64,000 nucleotides of DNA from Yuukianura sp. NJ FZ-2021 (taxonomy: Eukaryota). Positions 52,405 through 64,000 of this stretch are shown piece after piece; the first letter of the stretch is position 1, and each line of letters begins with the position of its first letter. Both the position numbers and the translations under genes were made by a program. The notes under the pieces were generated by a model. The model ran no database searches and was not told the DNA's origin. It worked only from the letters and a program-made list of their open reading frames with translations. Location of the stretch: positions 14,136,001-14,200,000 of the forward strand of contig CM102286.1 of NCBI GenBank assembly GCA_046563655.1, in the 5' to 3' direction.

Positions 52405-53179
52405 TTTGATTTTGAACTTTCCCTCACTTTTACTACATGTTAAGAGTTGGAGTTGAAGTTAGAGTGTGCGTCTGATCAGTGATGAGTGTGAAGGCATACC
52501 GATGATCATTATATTGATTGAACTGATCAAGGTCTCGTCATGTCAGGAAGCTTTTTATAAACGACTCAAAAAATGTCATGAAGAAAATTAACGTTTCTTT
52601 AGACCGTTTTTATGGGTGCGAGTATGCATGCATTCACATGCAAATGGATATTGTTTAGGTTTACAATTTATAATTATATATAATATATTTTATAGTATAT
52701 ATAATTACAAAATAAGTTTAGGTTTTAGGTTTAAATATGTTTATGTTTACTTAAATATCGTCGACTGCAGATCGCAGCTCTCGCAATTCGTCTAATAATT
52801 TGCCGAATTTCAACACAATTTTACATGCTGTAAGTTCAGTAGTACCGCGTTGACTCTGGTTCACCTCAGTGACCATCCGTTTGAGAACGTCCCACTTTGA
52901 TTTGTCCAACGCCTTCATTGCAAGCTGGCGCCTGCCGTCGTCTTCAGTTAGCTGAAAATTAAGATTTTAGGTGAATTTCACAATGCTTATGAAAACAATT
53001 TTAAATACTATTAACTCAAAATTTATAGGCGCTAAATCCGAGTTTAGTTCCGGATTAGGATTTTCCGAAATTCGGATTTGAAGGATTTTTAGTTCCATTT
53101 GAGGCTATGAACAATTGGAATTAGAACTCACCACTCTGTTCATTGAAGCTAGAATTTGATTGTTGTTCAAAACCACAAA

Positions 53180-53291
53180 ATTCGTTGTTATGACTATGAT
53201 GTACCGAGATGAAAAGATACTTTTCGCTCAAAATAAAAAAAACATGAGGTATTGCTCAACCTGTTAAAGAAAATCACGTCTACAAACCTTG
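53180..53291 (-). mobile_element. Truncated P-like MITE (one end only)
   Basis: catgaggtattgctcaacctgttaaagaaaa...aaaccttg matches the family end. Confidence 0.75.
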
Positions 53292-53868
53292 CTCCTAAGT
53301 TTTATTTGTAGAATTTATTATTATAGTTGACACTTTATTTATCGAAAGGGTCTACTTCACTTTTCGCAGAACGCTAGAAAAATAAAATTCTTCCGTTCAA
53401 AACGGTTATACTATTCTATTTTCATTTTTAAATCAATGGAAGGATATTAATGGAAATTTGATCGATTGATACAGAAAAGACACGAGATCAGGAAGTAAAG
53501 AGTGTCGATTAAACTTGACCTATGTGACCTCGTATTAGTTCTTAAGGAAAATCAAGTCGTGAAGACCAGTCACGACTTGGTGGCAAAATTTAACACTGCC
53601 TAATATCCTTTAACTTAATTTTTGGAAAACATCGTTGTTATTTATGGCTCGCTTTTCAGAAAATCATTTGTAAAATTTAATTATAAAATATAGAATATAA
53701 ATAATTTCTTGCATAGGCACTTTGAATTTTGAACAAAAATTTATACAAACTGCAACTGGAAATACGAAGTTTTATTTTGTATAGCATGTTGCCATCATGG
53801 CTAATTTTCTAAGATTTTATAACTTTAAATTCTTTTGAAACTTTTTTTCGAAATTGAAAAAGTTTGAG

Positions 53869-55449
53869 TTATTTTTGCTTCCGTTTTGGATTTGATTTGA
53901 ACAGAGTTGTAAACGGTGGAGGTTGTTTTGGTGGAGCAGGAACTGAGCCACCGCTGAAACTAATCTTTGTAAGATCATCATCTCCTCCGCCAGTCGGAAA
54001 GTAATTGACCTTGAAATTGTAAATTTTCTCCAACGTTTTTTCTTCTTCAGGGTCAAAGGTCACACGGTCTTTCATCTGCTTAGTGTTTTCCGTTTTGAAC
54101 TTTGCCGGTGAAATGTAGTTTTTCTCCCAATCGTCAACTCGAATGTTAGCCAATTTCTTTTCAATTTCTGTCAGCTCTCTAAACACACAAAAAAAAAAAA
54201 CGAAAACTACTTAACTCATTCTTGAAATTTTGTTCAAAATTTTGAAATACCCGCTGAATGGATCACTAAAAACTCCCGGAATTGCCCGAGTCCTGGCCAG
54301 ATGATGATAGCGATACAGTTTTTGGTCTTCCCAGGTTTGAATGCGCAGACGCAGAAGTCGAATGGCTTCTTTCAAGAGACCAACTTTTTCTGGATCCACT
54401 TTGACAATATTTTGATCATCTTCGTCCAAAGTCGCGGTTGGTTCTGGACAAAGTCGTGCCAAGGAATTGGCTAAACAAACGTCACTTTTCGTAGAATCTG
54501 GATTTGTGTCCAGGAATTTAACAAGTTCGGTGACTCTCGTTTTAGACACTTTTGTTAAATCTTCTCCGCAACAATCTTTCAAAATCGTTTCCAAGCATTT
54601 GAGCGCCGACTCCATCCGAATCCGAAGTTCCGTGTCGCTTTCTACGGTAGAAAGCAGACTGTCGACACTTCCTTGTGCCGAATCCAAACTTTCGGAAGAA
54701 TTTAAACCGAAGGAAGCACCGGAAATCCGGGCAGCTTTGCCGGATTCAGTGGTTGGCAAAGTGTCGGTTTGAATTTTAGCGGCTGTATCGTCGTCAGTTT
54801 GAGTTTTGGTGGTTGGCGTATGAACTTGATTTTTGGCAGTAGACTTGCGAAGTTTAGTTTTGGCGGTTGTCGTGTGAGTTTGAATTTTGGTGGTAAGGTT
54901 TTCGTTCCCGCCTTTTTTGGGGCTTTTGCTTCTGGCTGGTTTAGATTTGACAATGGACGGCTCCACAGATTTCTAAAACAACATTTTTAAAAAGTAAAAT
55001 TTTGAGTTTTTTGAATTTTGTATATGTTGAGTTACTCTGTCGGTTTTAACTTCCGAACGCCGCTTACGATGCATGCGTACAAGAGCTCCACGCCAAAGAG
55101 CTGAAATTGAAAGAGAAAAAAAATTAAATGTAATATTGAAAAACACCTCTAAAATTTTTAAAATTTTGTTCTCACCTTGTATTTTGATGCAACATTGAGT
55201 AACGATTTTCAAGTTATTTCGAACCAACCAACCACGAAATCGTGTTTGAATTTTCATTGCAGCCAAATTCCGCTTAATAACGCCTGCACAGAACTCATCT
55301 TCTGGAATTTCTAGTGACCTGGCTCGTTCGTGACCTTTGACCTCTTCTCGTTCTCCTCGAACGACTTCTTCAGGAAGTTCATCTTTGAAGAAGTTGTGTG
55401 ATTCGGTCACGCCTTTCAACTTCAACGCTTCGTTACTACCGGTTGGCAT
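53869..55449 (-). CDS. IQ calmodulin-binding-motif protein, otherwise uncharacterised (4 exons)
   Basis: IQTRFRGWLVR and IQ/ALWRGALVR motifs. Large open exons at 54250-54972 and 53869-54178. Start codon uncertain. Confidence 0.75.
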
Positions 55450-55709
55450 TGCAGCGATTACGGCAAGCACAAATAAAAGCAGACTTGCAGTATAAAACTG
55501 TCCGAAGTTTTGCACAATTCAAACCAGTTTTCAAAACCGAAATTTAAAAAGTGTGAGATAAACTTGTAGATAAACGTCTAAACAAAAATAAGTTCCTAGT
55601 AACTATGGCAATAAATGAACCAAGACAAAAACGAAACTGAAATCAAAGTACAAAATTCGAAAGTATTTTTTAATAGTGCAGGAGGTCGAACTGGAATCGG
55701 AATGCTTGT

Positions 55710-56666
55710 CTAAACTTCGTCTTCGTTTACTAGCATATTGGGAATACCGTTCTGGATTTGAAACTTCCTTCCAGTTTCAGGACATTCCAATTCACCCGTT
55801 ATTACGTCAATCTGTGAAGTTTCAACAGAAATACACCAGTTTTAGTAAGAAGTGATTCCACAAATAATATATTACGTTACAGAAGAACCTCTCATTTAGC
55901 AACTTTTTTCTTGAAAAGCAATATCGTAAAACCTAAGCTATTGGATGCAGTTCTGGGCAGTCCGATACTGTTGGCTGTGGTCTGGTAGTTCCGATACTTC
56001 TGCGGTGATGTAATGCTAATGGTAAAGGTATCGGACTGCGATTAGTAATCAGAGGTTTCACGGTATCGGAACGAGTTGCTATAAGAGAGGTTTTTCTGTA
56101 GTGTCAATTACTTCGAGGAGTGCATGGTGTGCTTTTCTAAGAAATTCATCGTTTCTTTCGTAGTCCTCTGGAACTTCAGCGGGTAAATTAGTACTCTCTG
56201 CCTGCCCAATCTAAGTATGTAAAAACAAATGAAAACTTCATATTCAATGTTCTTTAAAGCATATGATTTGCAATTTTTAAATTCGGAATTAGCACTACTT
56301 GAGTTTTCCTTACGTTTTTAACAGTATCACAAAGTACGTCCCAGCACACCTTTGGTAAGAGTTTGGCAACAAACATCGGTGAGAATTCGGATTCCAGTAC
56401 ATTAATTTCCGTTGTCTACAAAATTAAATAAAAAGTAAAATTAAAAAAATTGGAAGTTCCTTCGAATGTCACCATTGTTTCCATGGAATCAAAAAATCCA
56501 AAAATTCAAAATTGAAACAAACACAAATTCACCATAAAAAAAATTACTGGAAGGAAGAGTATCGATTGAGGATTGATTTGAAACTTACCGTGAGTTTCAG
56601 AGGATATCCATTTTGAACTTTACAAATCATCCTTGACGTCATCAGGTTGTGAGTAAGTAACTTCAT
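55710..56666 (-). CDS. TRMT112: Multifunctional methyltransferase subunit TRM112 (4 exons)
   Basis: MKLLTHNL...[51 protein letters not shown]. Confidence 0.96.
55880..56098. mobile_element. Tc1/mariner-type MITE, TA TSD, in a TRMT112 intron
   Basis: ta|cagaagaacctctc...gagaggtttttctg|ta, with internal tccgatac / gtatcgga inverted repeats. Confidence 0.85.
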
Positions 56667-56923
56667 TCTCACGATTAATCGATTAATTAATGCCAAAATT
56701 AACAAAACTAATTGAAAACACGTGTTTATGCTATTGCTGTTTACAACAACAAAAAAAGACAATTTGAAATTTACGACTTTGATTTTCGCGGTTTTATTCT
56801 TGAGACAATAACATAAGCTCGGACTTTTAAATTGTTTAAACAATAATAATTGTCGAAAAATCTTAAACTTTAAATTAACTTACATTGAAGTAATTAAAGT
56901 AATTAAAATTTCAGAAGTTAATC

Positions 56924-59136
56924 ATGACACTGCACTGGACTGTCTTGTTCTTACCGTTCCTCGTTCAGTCAATATCCGCCCAATTACGACAAGAACAATT
57001 GGACGATCTTCCTCGGGCAATCAGTAAGTTTTTTAAATAAAAATAGTTCTAAACAAAAAATATAATAATAATAAAATAGAATAATACAATAGTATATAAT
57101 ATTTAGTAGTAATATATAATAATTTAATGTATAATATAATACATATAATACTAATAAAAAAATAACTTTTAATGAATTAACTTACAGGTCTTCTGAGCGA
57201 CTACCAACTGACGTTTGTTCAGCAAGAAAAAGCTACACAACTTCGACTCAACAAAGAAAGGATCAACGGGCCTTCTGGAAATTTCACACCGATAAAGTCT
57301 CCCGTCCAAGTTTTACAGGGCTTGCAAACTGAGCATCTCCATAACCACAGTGTTTCGGCCATCGAATGGGCCATGACCTACTCCGGTCAAGATGTAATCG
57401 GCGCACTACTCATCTTCTTTACACTTTGTCCCATCTTTTTCGGCCACTTTGTACGGAGATATGTGTACCGATTACTCAAACCCACCATCTCCGTCAAGCA
57501 CAAAAGCAACTTTCCAGTCATTCCGCTCAAGTATCTCCAGGAAACGAAAGATGAGCAACGTGTTTTCCTTCCTTCCAGAAACACTTTGCGTTGGGCCGCC
57601 ATGCGGTACATCATCATGGCGTCCGATAACGTCGTGAACCTCAAGATGCTGCATTACGGTAAAGGTAGTGAGGAAATGGATCAAGTCAAGTACAGAAAAC
57701 ACCGTGCATGGTTCATCCTTAGAATTATGGCCAAGGTTTGTTGACTTTGGTTTTCTTTAACAGGTTGAGTAATACCTCATGTTTTATTTTTATTTTTGCA
57801 GTTCAATGCTATTTACACCCGAAAGCAAATGGAAAAAGAAGGTGAAGAAGCTGGACTGGACAAGCTGAAGCAATTGGCCAAAATCAGACGATTGCAGGCG
57901 CGCCAAGAAGAAATTCAAAAAATTGCTGAACAGGAAGCTGAGCGAATTCGACGAGCGGAACTTGGCGAAAGTGATGAAGATGATAACAAGAAACGACCAT
58001 TGTACAAACTCGGAATTGACAAAACTGGACTGCGCAAGTATGCTTACGACCTTCGTCACCCTGACGACCGGGCGTCAATTGTCGTTGACGGGGAGAGAGT
58101 TATGAAGCCCGAAGCGGTCAAAAGACGAACTTCATTGGAGATTGTGTACGAAGGGCTGCGGAGAGGCATGGCCAACCCCAGTTCTAGATTGAGTTTGGAG
58201 CGTCTGCGCCAATTTTCGGACGAAAGTATTATCCACGGACCGGCAGAACCCGAACCGGAACAGAAACCGGAAGTGGAAGAACCTCCGCAACTTTCGGAAA
58301 AAGCTGCCATGAAAGCAGCAGCGATGCAACAAAAACATATTTTGAGACATGTAGAGCAGGCAAATCGGTCGAGGCTGTTTAGCCAGGCGCCCGCTCCTGC
58401 CCGCCGGCCATCTCTCCGTACGATGTCACTAATTGAACTTGAAAAGCCCAAGACCAGTGTCCAGGAAACATCAAAAGAAGCGGCGCCAGAACCCGGAAAA
58501 GACGCTGGACAAAGAGATCATGTGACGAGAAAACATGGCCACCATCATCGTCATTCGCATGGTCATCATCACACTGAGCATGCCCAAGGTCCGAAACATG
58601 CAGCAGCACCCATAAACCCGCCCCATCAGAAAAATCGTCGTGATACGGAAGAGTCACGGCCTCCGAGAAAATCTGGTGCCGGGGGAGCTACGCATGCTCG
58701 TCATCATCATCGTCACCATGCTGCCCATCACGGTCGTCACGAACGCCGTGCAACTCTTGATCCAGCGACAGAACAAGCTAAACCTCGTGCTGCTACTGGC
58801 AAACACAATCTACATCACGATCCACAAGAACATCACACTGATGCTCCTCCTCCAGCACATCACACTGATGCTCCTCCTCCAGCACATCACACGGATGCTA
58901 CTCCTCGACCAGCACATCACACTCATGCTCCTCGAAAGGAACATCACACTGATACTTCTCCTCGACCAGCACATCACACTGATGCTCCTCCTCCAGCACA
59001 TCAGACTAATGCTCCTCCTCCAGCACATCACACCGATGCTCCTCCAGCACATCACGACCAGCAGCAACATTTGGAAGTACCAGCACGACACGGTCACCAC
59101 AAAGCAAGGTCACCCCAAGGATCGCCAAAAAAATGA
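56924..59136 (+). CDS. Orphan signal-peptide plus single-TM protein with His/Pro-rich repeat tail (3 exons)
   Basis: Exons 56924-57023, 57188-57735, 57802-59136 join in frame. TM VIGALLIFFTLCPIFFG and HHTDAPPPA repeats. Confidence 0.8.
57732..57801 (+). mobile_element. Left-end fragment of the P-like MITE family spanning the predicted intron 57736-57801
   Basis: caaggtttgttgactttggttttctttaacaggttgagtaatacctcatg...ttttgca aligns with the first ~70 nt of the 14267 and 44544 copies. Confidence 0.85.
58830..59056 (+). repeat. Coding minisatellite, 27-30 bp units (cacactgatgctcctcctccagcacat)
   Basis: About 8 tandem units encoding HHTDAPPPA variants. Confidence 0.93.
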
Positions 59137-62100
59137 AAGCCGTGACCAAGGTCAGCGTCAAGCATGCGCAAAACTCTACCGATTTTTTTGTTGCGTTGAG
59201 ACTTTGCGTTCCTTCTTCACAAAACTACGACTTTAATTGAACAAAAATGTAAAAATCGACAAAACTAAAGTTAAAAAAATGTGTTGTAAAAAAACGATTT
59301 GGTTGAAAAGTATGTTTGCTGATCTTCAGTTTTTTGCGAGTTTTTTGTAGAATTTTAAGTTTTAATTTTTGGATAGTTTTTTCCATGCATGATGTCAGGT
59401 TTCGTCTGTCGCCAAGCTGTCTTGCACTTCTTCTTGACTCGTCCACTTGACAGACGAAGTCTAACGACCTTGTTTGTGACTCTTGTGAGTCTTAGTCACT
59501 CTGACGACCATCCTGGACATAAGTTTGAAGAGGACACAGAAGATAGTCAAGACAAAGACCAAAGTGTCCAAGTTTCAATTAAGGATTTCCTTCTGAATTC
59601 ACTTTTTATTAGGAAATAGCACTTGTGCGTCGTCTTCTTGTCTTATCACACGGAATGTCCTCAATTCTTTAACTTTTCGCTATCATTCCCCTCTGCTTTT
59701 CCTTAAGTGCTCACAAACAATCAAACACAAAGTCAAAGTTAGTCTAAAACTCATAATACGTCTTTACTTATACTCACTTTCATACTCATACTCGCATACT
59801 CATCTACAAAAAATCAATGAAACTCTTTTAGATTTTAGTTTTAGAAGCTCGGCTGGAGTTGAGATGAGAAAATTTGCAAAAAGCTTCATTCAATCTTCTA
59901 ATCTAAAAAGTTTTTGCCAAAATCAATATTTGCTAAAAAACACGTCTTAAGCCTGGCTCACACCAACTCTCCGTTCTACCTAGTGTTAAACTTTTTACTT
60001 TTTTTGAACTTCTCTTTGTTTGAATTGTTTGTTCAAATTTGGAATTGTTTGGCGCTTAAGACAAGATTAAAATTGGACCACCTTATTTTCTATTTGCGGA
60101 GATGATGAATGCATAGTCTACTTTTTTAATGTTGAATCATGAATCTACCTTGGTTGCCATTTTGATCGTCTCCTTGAAATGTTTTTCCACAAGTGTTTTT
60201 GTGGTTTAACAAAAGTAAAACTGGTGCATAACTTTATTAGAAAGTTAATAAGGAGGTAAACGAATGTTAAGTTAGGGAAATCCTGCCCCTAACTTCCCCT
60301 TGTGCTTATTCTTGTACTAAAAGTACAGCATGTACTAAAAGTACGAGAATTACACTTGCTTTGAAGCTACCAGAGCAAGAAATGGTGCAGAATTTTGAGA
60401 GTCTAGAAATACTAAAATTAGGAGAGAAAACATCTGGTGGTGGTGTTAGTCATTTTTATTATTGAGAAAAAGAATAATTAAATCTACATTAAACGAAGAT
60501 GAAATTCTGAACGATGGAGATTTGACTAAGGTGATATGATGGAAAAGTGGAAGAAATTTTTTGATCCAAATTTTAACTTTTTTTAATACCTTTTTTGTAA
60601 AAATATTAATGTAAATCTGACATATTTTGACTATATCTTCCCCATGCAATCAAGTTAAACTTTGTGTAAATTGAACACAGGAAATTGAATTTACTAATAA
60701 AAATTTTAGCTGGCGTCGTGATTTGATGATCGACTTTCTTCCATAGCTTATCTACTAAAATTTTATTTTGGATTTGCGAAAATTTCTTACTAAAGTTTCT
60801 TACGAAACACTAAAAAAATTGCGAAGTTTATTTTTGGGGAATGAAGGTTTGAGGTTGGCGGTTAAGAATGTGAACGAATGAAGATTTTAGTCAAGTGTTT
60901 CGTGCTAAAAATGTGCCTATATGATTCCAAAATTTTGCACTTGGTGTTCAAACGAGTTCCAAAATTTTGAACTGTTTCGTAATTTTTGTGAGAATAAAAG
61001 TGAGCAAGACTCAAAATAGAAAAAATGTGTTTTAGACGCTTCTTCTTTGGAAACTCAATCCTCTGCTAGTCTTCTCCCATTTCCATTTATAACAGCTTAT
61101 GTTTTTTGTTAAGTTCAAAACAGCTTCATCTCTAGAGCGGCGACCCTCAGAATTTTTTTATTATAAAATTTTTCAAATTGTTTAATTTTTTTTTTGCGTC
61201 GGGAGATGCTGTAATGTCTTGGAGTCCTTCAGTTTGTTGGAGTTTATACAGGTGTTTTATGGTACTAGGAACCTTGTATTGTAGTTTCTAAATGGATCTA
61301 AAGTTAGCTAACCACAATCTAAAGTGGAATGATGAGGATATGACTGGAGATGAGGTTCGTAATGTTAGGTTCGGTTGGTGGAGGAGGCTGTCTTTGTCAC
61401 AAGGAGACACGAAGAGGCCCCTCCACTTAAACTAAAGGCGGCCGACTGGAGGTGTGGAAAAAGAAAAGTGGCGAGTCCACATCAACCTTGTCACAAAGGA
61501 GGAACTCAATTCAAAAAATCTACGCAATTTTTTTCCAAAACGATTTCGAAATTTTGCAAAATTTCAAGTTATTCTACTTGACATTGCTAGAAAAGACACA
61601 ACAGGGGCACAAGAGCAAAGAGTCGGAAGGATCTGGTGAAAGCAGAGAAAGTTCGACTAAAATTCTCCAAAAAGTAAGTTTTGCTTCTTTATTTTTTAAT
61701 TTCATGGCAAATTAAGTTAGGCTAACCACTTTAGGATAAAGTTAGGCTAACAGAGTTAACATAACGTTAGTTAAATTATGAAGCGTAACTATGTTAGTTG
61801 GATGTGGTTTGAATTAGGTTATGTTTCGGGTGCTCAGCTCAAGGTGAGGTTATTGAATTGGGTTGCGAATCAATTGAAATATGAATGTATGGTGGACGTA
61901 TGACCTTATCAGGGTAATGCATTTGCCTGGACGAGTCACGTTAGTCGCATACCTCATGACAAGTGCATGAGTAAACCTAAAAGTTCTGTTTGGATTGTAT
62001 CATCATCATTTTCAAAATGATTGCTCAAAATTTGGCGCCGGACTGTCTGACTTTTTTAAAAAAAAAAGACTCTCCCTACAAAAAAAAAACTTGTCAGTTC

Positions 62101-64000
62101 TCCTCAAAAAATTTTTGTCGCTAAAAACCACTTCACCTTTTCTCATAATTTTGTTTGTAGTAAACCTGAAATTTGTTTTGAGATTAAATTTGTGAATGCT
62201 CAAAAACATCTAATGTATAAACCAGGCATTATTTTTGTGAAAGCTGTCTGACCAAAGTACAGAATGGCGGGGAACTTCAAAAGTTTGAAAAAGTATCACT
62301 ATCTTGGTACCTATTTTTCAAAGGTTGTTAGGTTATTCAGAAGCCCTAAATCAAAAAAGGCAGAAAAATTTCGAAACGTGTGAAATTTGAAAAGCAGATG
62401 CAAAAACTGTTCATGGTTAGAGAAAGTGGGCACCAAGTTTGCCTTGGACATGGATTTTTGGAGCGAGCTAAAAAGTGAAAGTCGCTTCTGCTCATGCTTT
62501 CTCCACTTTCACCGATCTCGGACCTTCTTTCACTTTTTTCTTGCCACTTCCAAGCCTTTTCTTTTCCTCTTCCACTAAAAGTAGAAGCGAAGGATCCCCA
62601 AGCCCTTCCTAAGTTCTAGAAGGGGCCTGGAAGGTGAAAGTCTCCACCCAACTTCTTATAGTACTTTATAGTCCTTTCTCCGCCGAAGAAAGTTTTATAG
62701 ACGTTTGTCTTATAGGCTCCGACTTCTTCTAGAAGGAGGAGCTAAGGAGACTAAATATTAAGAAAAGCTTCACTTCTGAACGCCTACCATAAAAATCCTC
62801 AAAGGTTTCTACTTTCTCCATATTTTCAAAAAAAATCGAATTTCTCCAATCTTGAATCAAAATTTTGAACAATTTTAAATTAAAAGTTTCAAAAGTTAAG
62901 GAAATTAGCACAGATTGACCAAAACTTTAACATTTAAGTTCAGTTTTAGATAAAATTTGTACTGTATTTGTTGACTTAAGAACAAGGAAAGTAACTTTTT
63001 AGTAATATCCGCTCCAGAATCCAAATGAATCATTTTTTGACCAATGAGGTGCTTAGATTTTTGCTAATTTGTGTACAATCTCTTTTCCTGCTGCTCTGAT
63101 TAAAAAACCTCCGTTTTTTGTTTATCTTGACTAACTTTTTGTGCTTTTATTGACTTTTGTTACGAAAAGTTGAGGAAATTGAGTGTCGAAAACAACAAAT
63201 TTTTAAAAGTCAATAATTAATCACCTTCTTTGTCACTTTTTTAGTGTTCATGCTTAAAAAATGAGAGTTAAATGTACTTGGATTGATCACTTTTGGAGAT
63301 TAGACGGTTTTGCAGAGAATTTGCGTCATTTGTCAAAATGCTAAAAATGAGTTCACCTGCTTTTTAAAATGTAAAAAGTTGAAGGTTGAGAGTAGTGTAT
63401 CATATCAGCAGGTTTAAAGAATTTTTCTGATCAAATATTAGAAATGGCTTTTTTGATTTGATTTTAGCATTTTGAAGTAACACGTCGTCCAAGCGTTTAG
63501 TGTCAAAAGATAAGTAAAAAAAGTATTGCTCAATTTCCTGCAGAAACAAAAGGTGGGAGGAGAAGATAAAACTTTTTTTGCGAAACTGCGATGGAGGGGT
63601 TTATTTCTGTGAAAAGTAGAACTGTGCAAAAAATTAGCTAAGAAGGTAATGATAACTGGCGTTTTGTGATAACTTTTTGTAGTTTTTGTTTTTTAGACAA
63701 AAGAATTGGTCATAGAAAAAGAATAGAAGTTAAGGTGGCTTATCTCAAGTGGCTTTTCGCAACTCCCTGATATGGTCTCAGCAACTAAAAATGTACTGGA
63801 TGGTCCAAAGGTCAGAGAAACGGAAAAAGTTGAAGCTGTTTCAGTGCTGTAATAGTTTCTATAAGAAGCGGTGCGCTCGCCAAGTCGGATCGAGCGGAGT
63901 TAGTGCTAGCGAAGATAAGATTAAGCTTTCCATAACTTTTGTAGAGCGTGTTTAGTGTAAAAGAGTGAACGGAGGTTCTGGATCCTGGATGGGTGGAGTC

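Noticed and set aside
52760..53160. Exon-like minus-strand fragments (LTEDDGRRQLAMKALDK...)
   Set aside because: Short, apparently frameshifted and interrupted by a MITE fragment, with no recognisable family.
59390..64000. Scattered purine-rich exon-like patches (59500-59575, 61330-61675, 62390-62580)
   Set aside because: No consistent reading frame or motif. May be a degenerate gene, TE or non-coding transcript.

Overview
AT-rich eukaryotic genomic DNA with compact genes and many short (about 60-90 nt) spliceosomal introns. Gene content and style suggest a basal hexapod such as a springtail (Folsomia-like); this is inference only. The window opens with a ~130-bp satellite array and two tiny secreted-peptide genes, one with an ENF/growth-blocking-peptide-like cysteine loop. 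Then come IMPDH, a decayed pogo-type transposon abutting a CYP2-clan P450 and its internally deleted duplicate, a Cys-rich Pmp3-like proteolipid, an SLC5 transporter, four tandem SLC22-like transporters (copy 2 frameshifted), a microbial-looking MsrA with a GC-AG intron, WDR92, COX20, DHRS4, a chemoreceptor-like gene, a lipocalin-like gene, an EF-hand SCP, a Cys-rich CAP protein, an IQ protein, TRMT112 and a His-rich orphan. The main unexplained structure is a dense non-autonomous transposon landscape. At least 12 full or partial CAAGG...CCTTG elements (P-like, mostly with 8-bp TSDs) are present, and the left end of one appears to form an entire coding-region intron. Also present are a nested MITE stack carrying a TGCGCAC (MRE-core) array and a Transib-like MITE with an RSS-like end. 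Exon boundaries were read by eye and may be off by a few bases.
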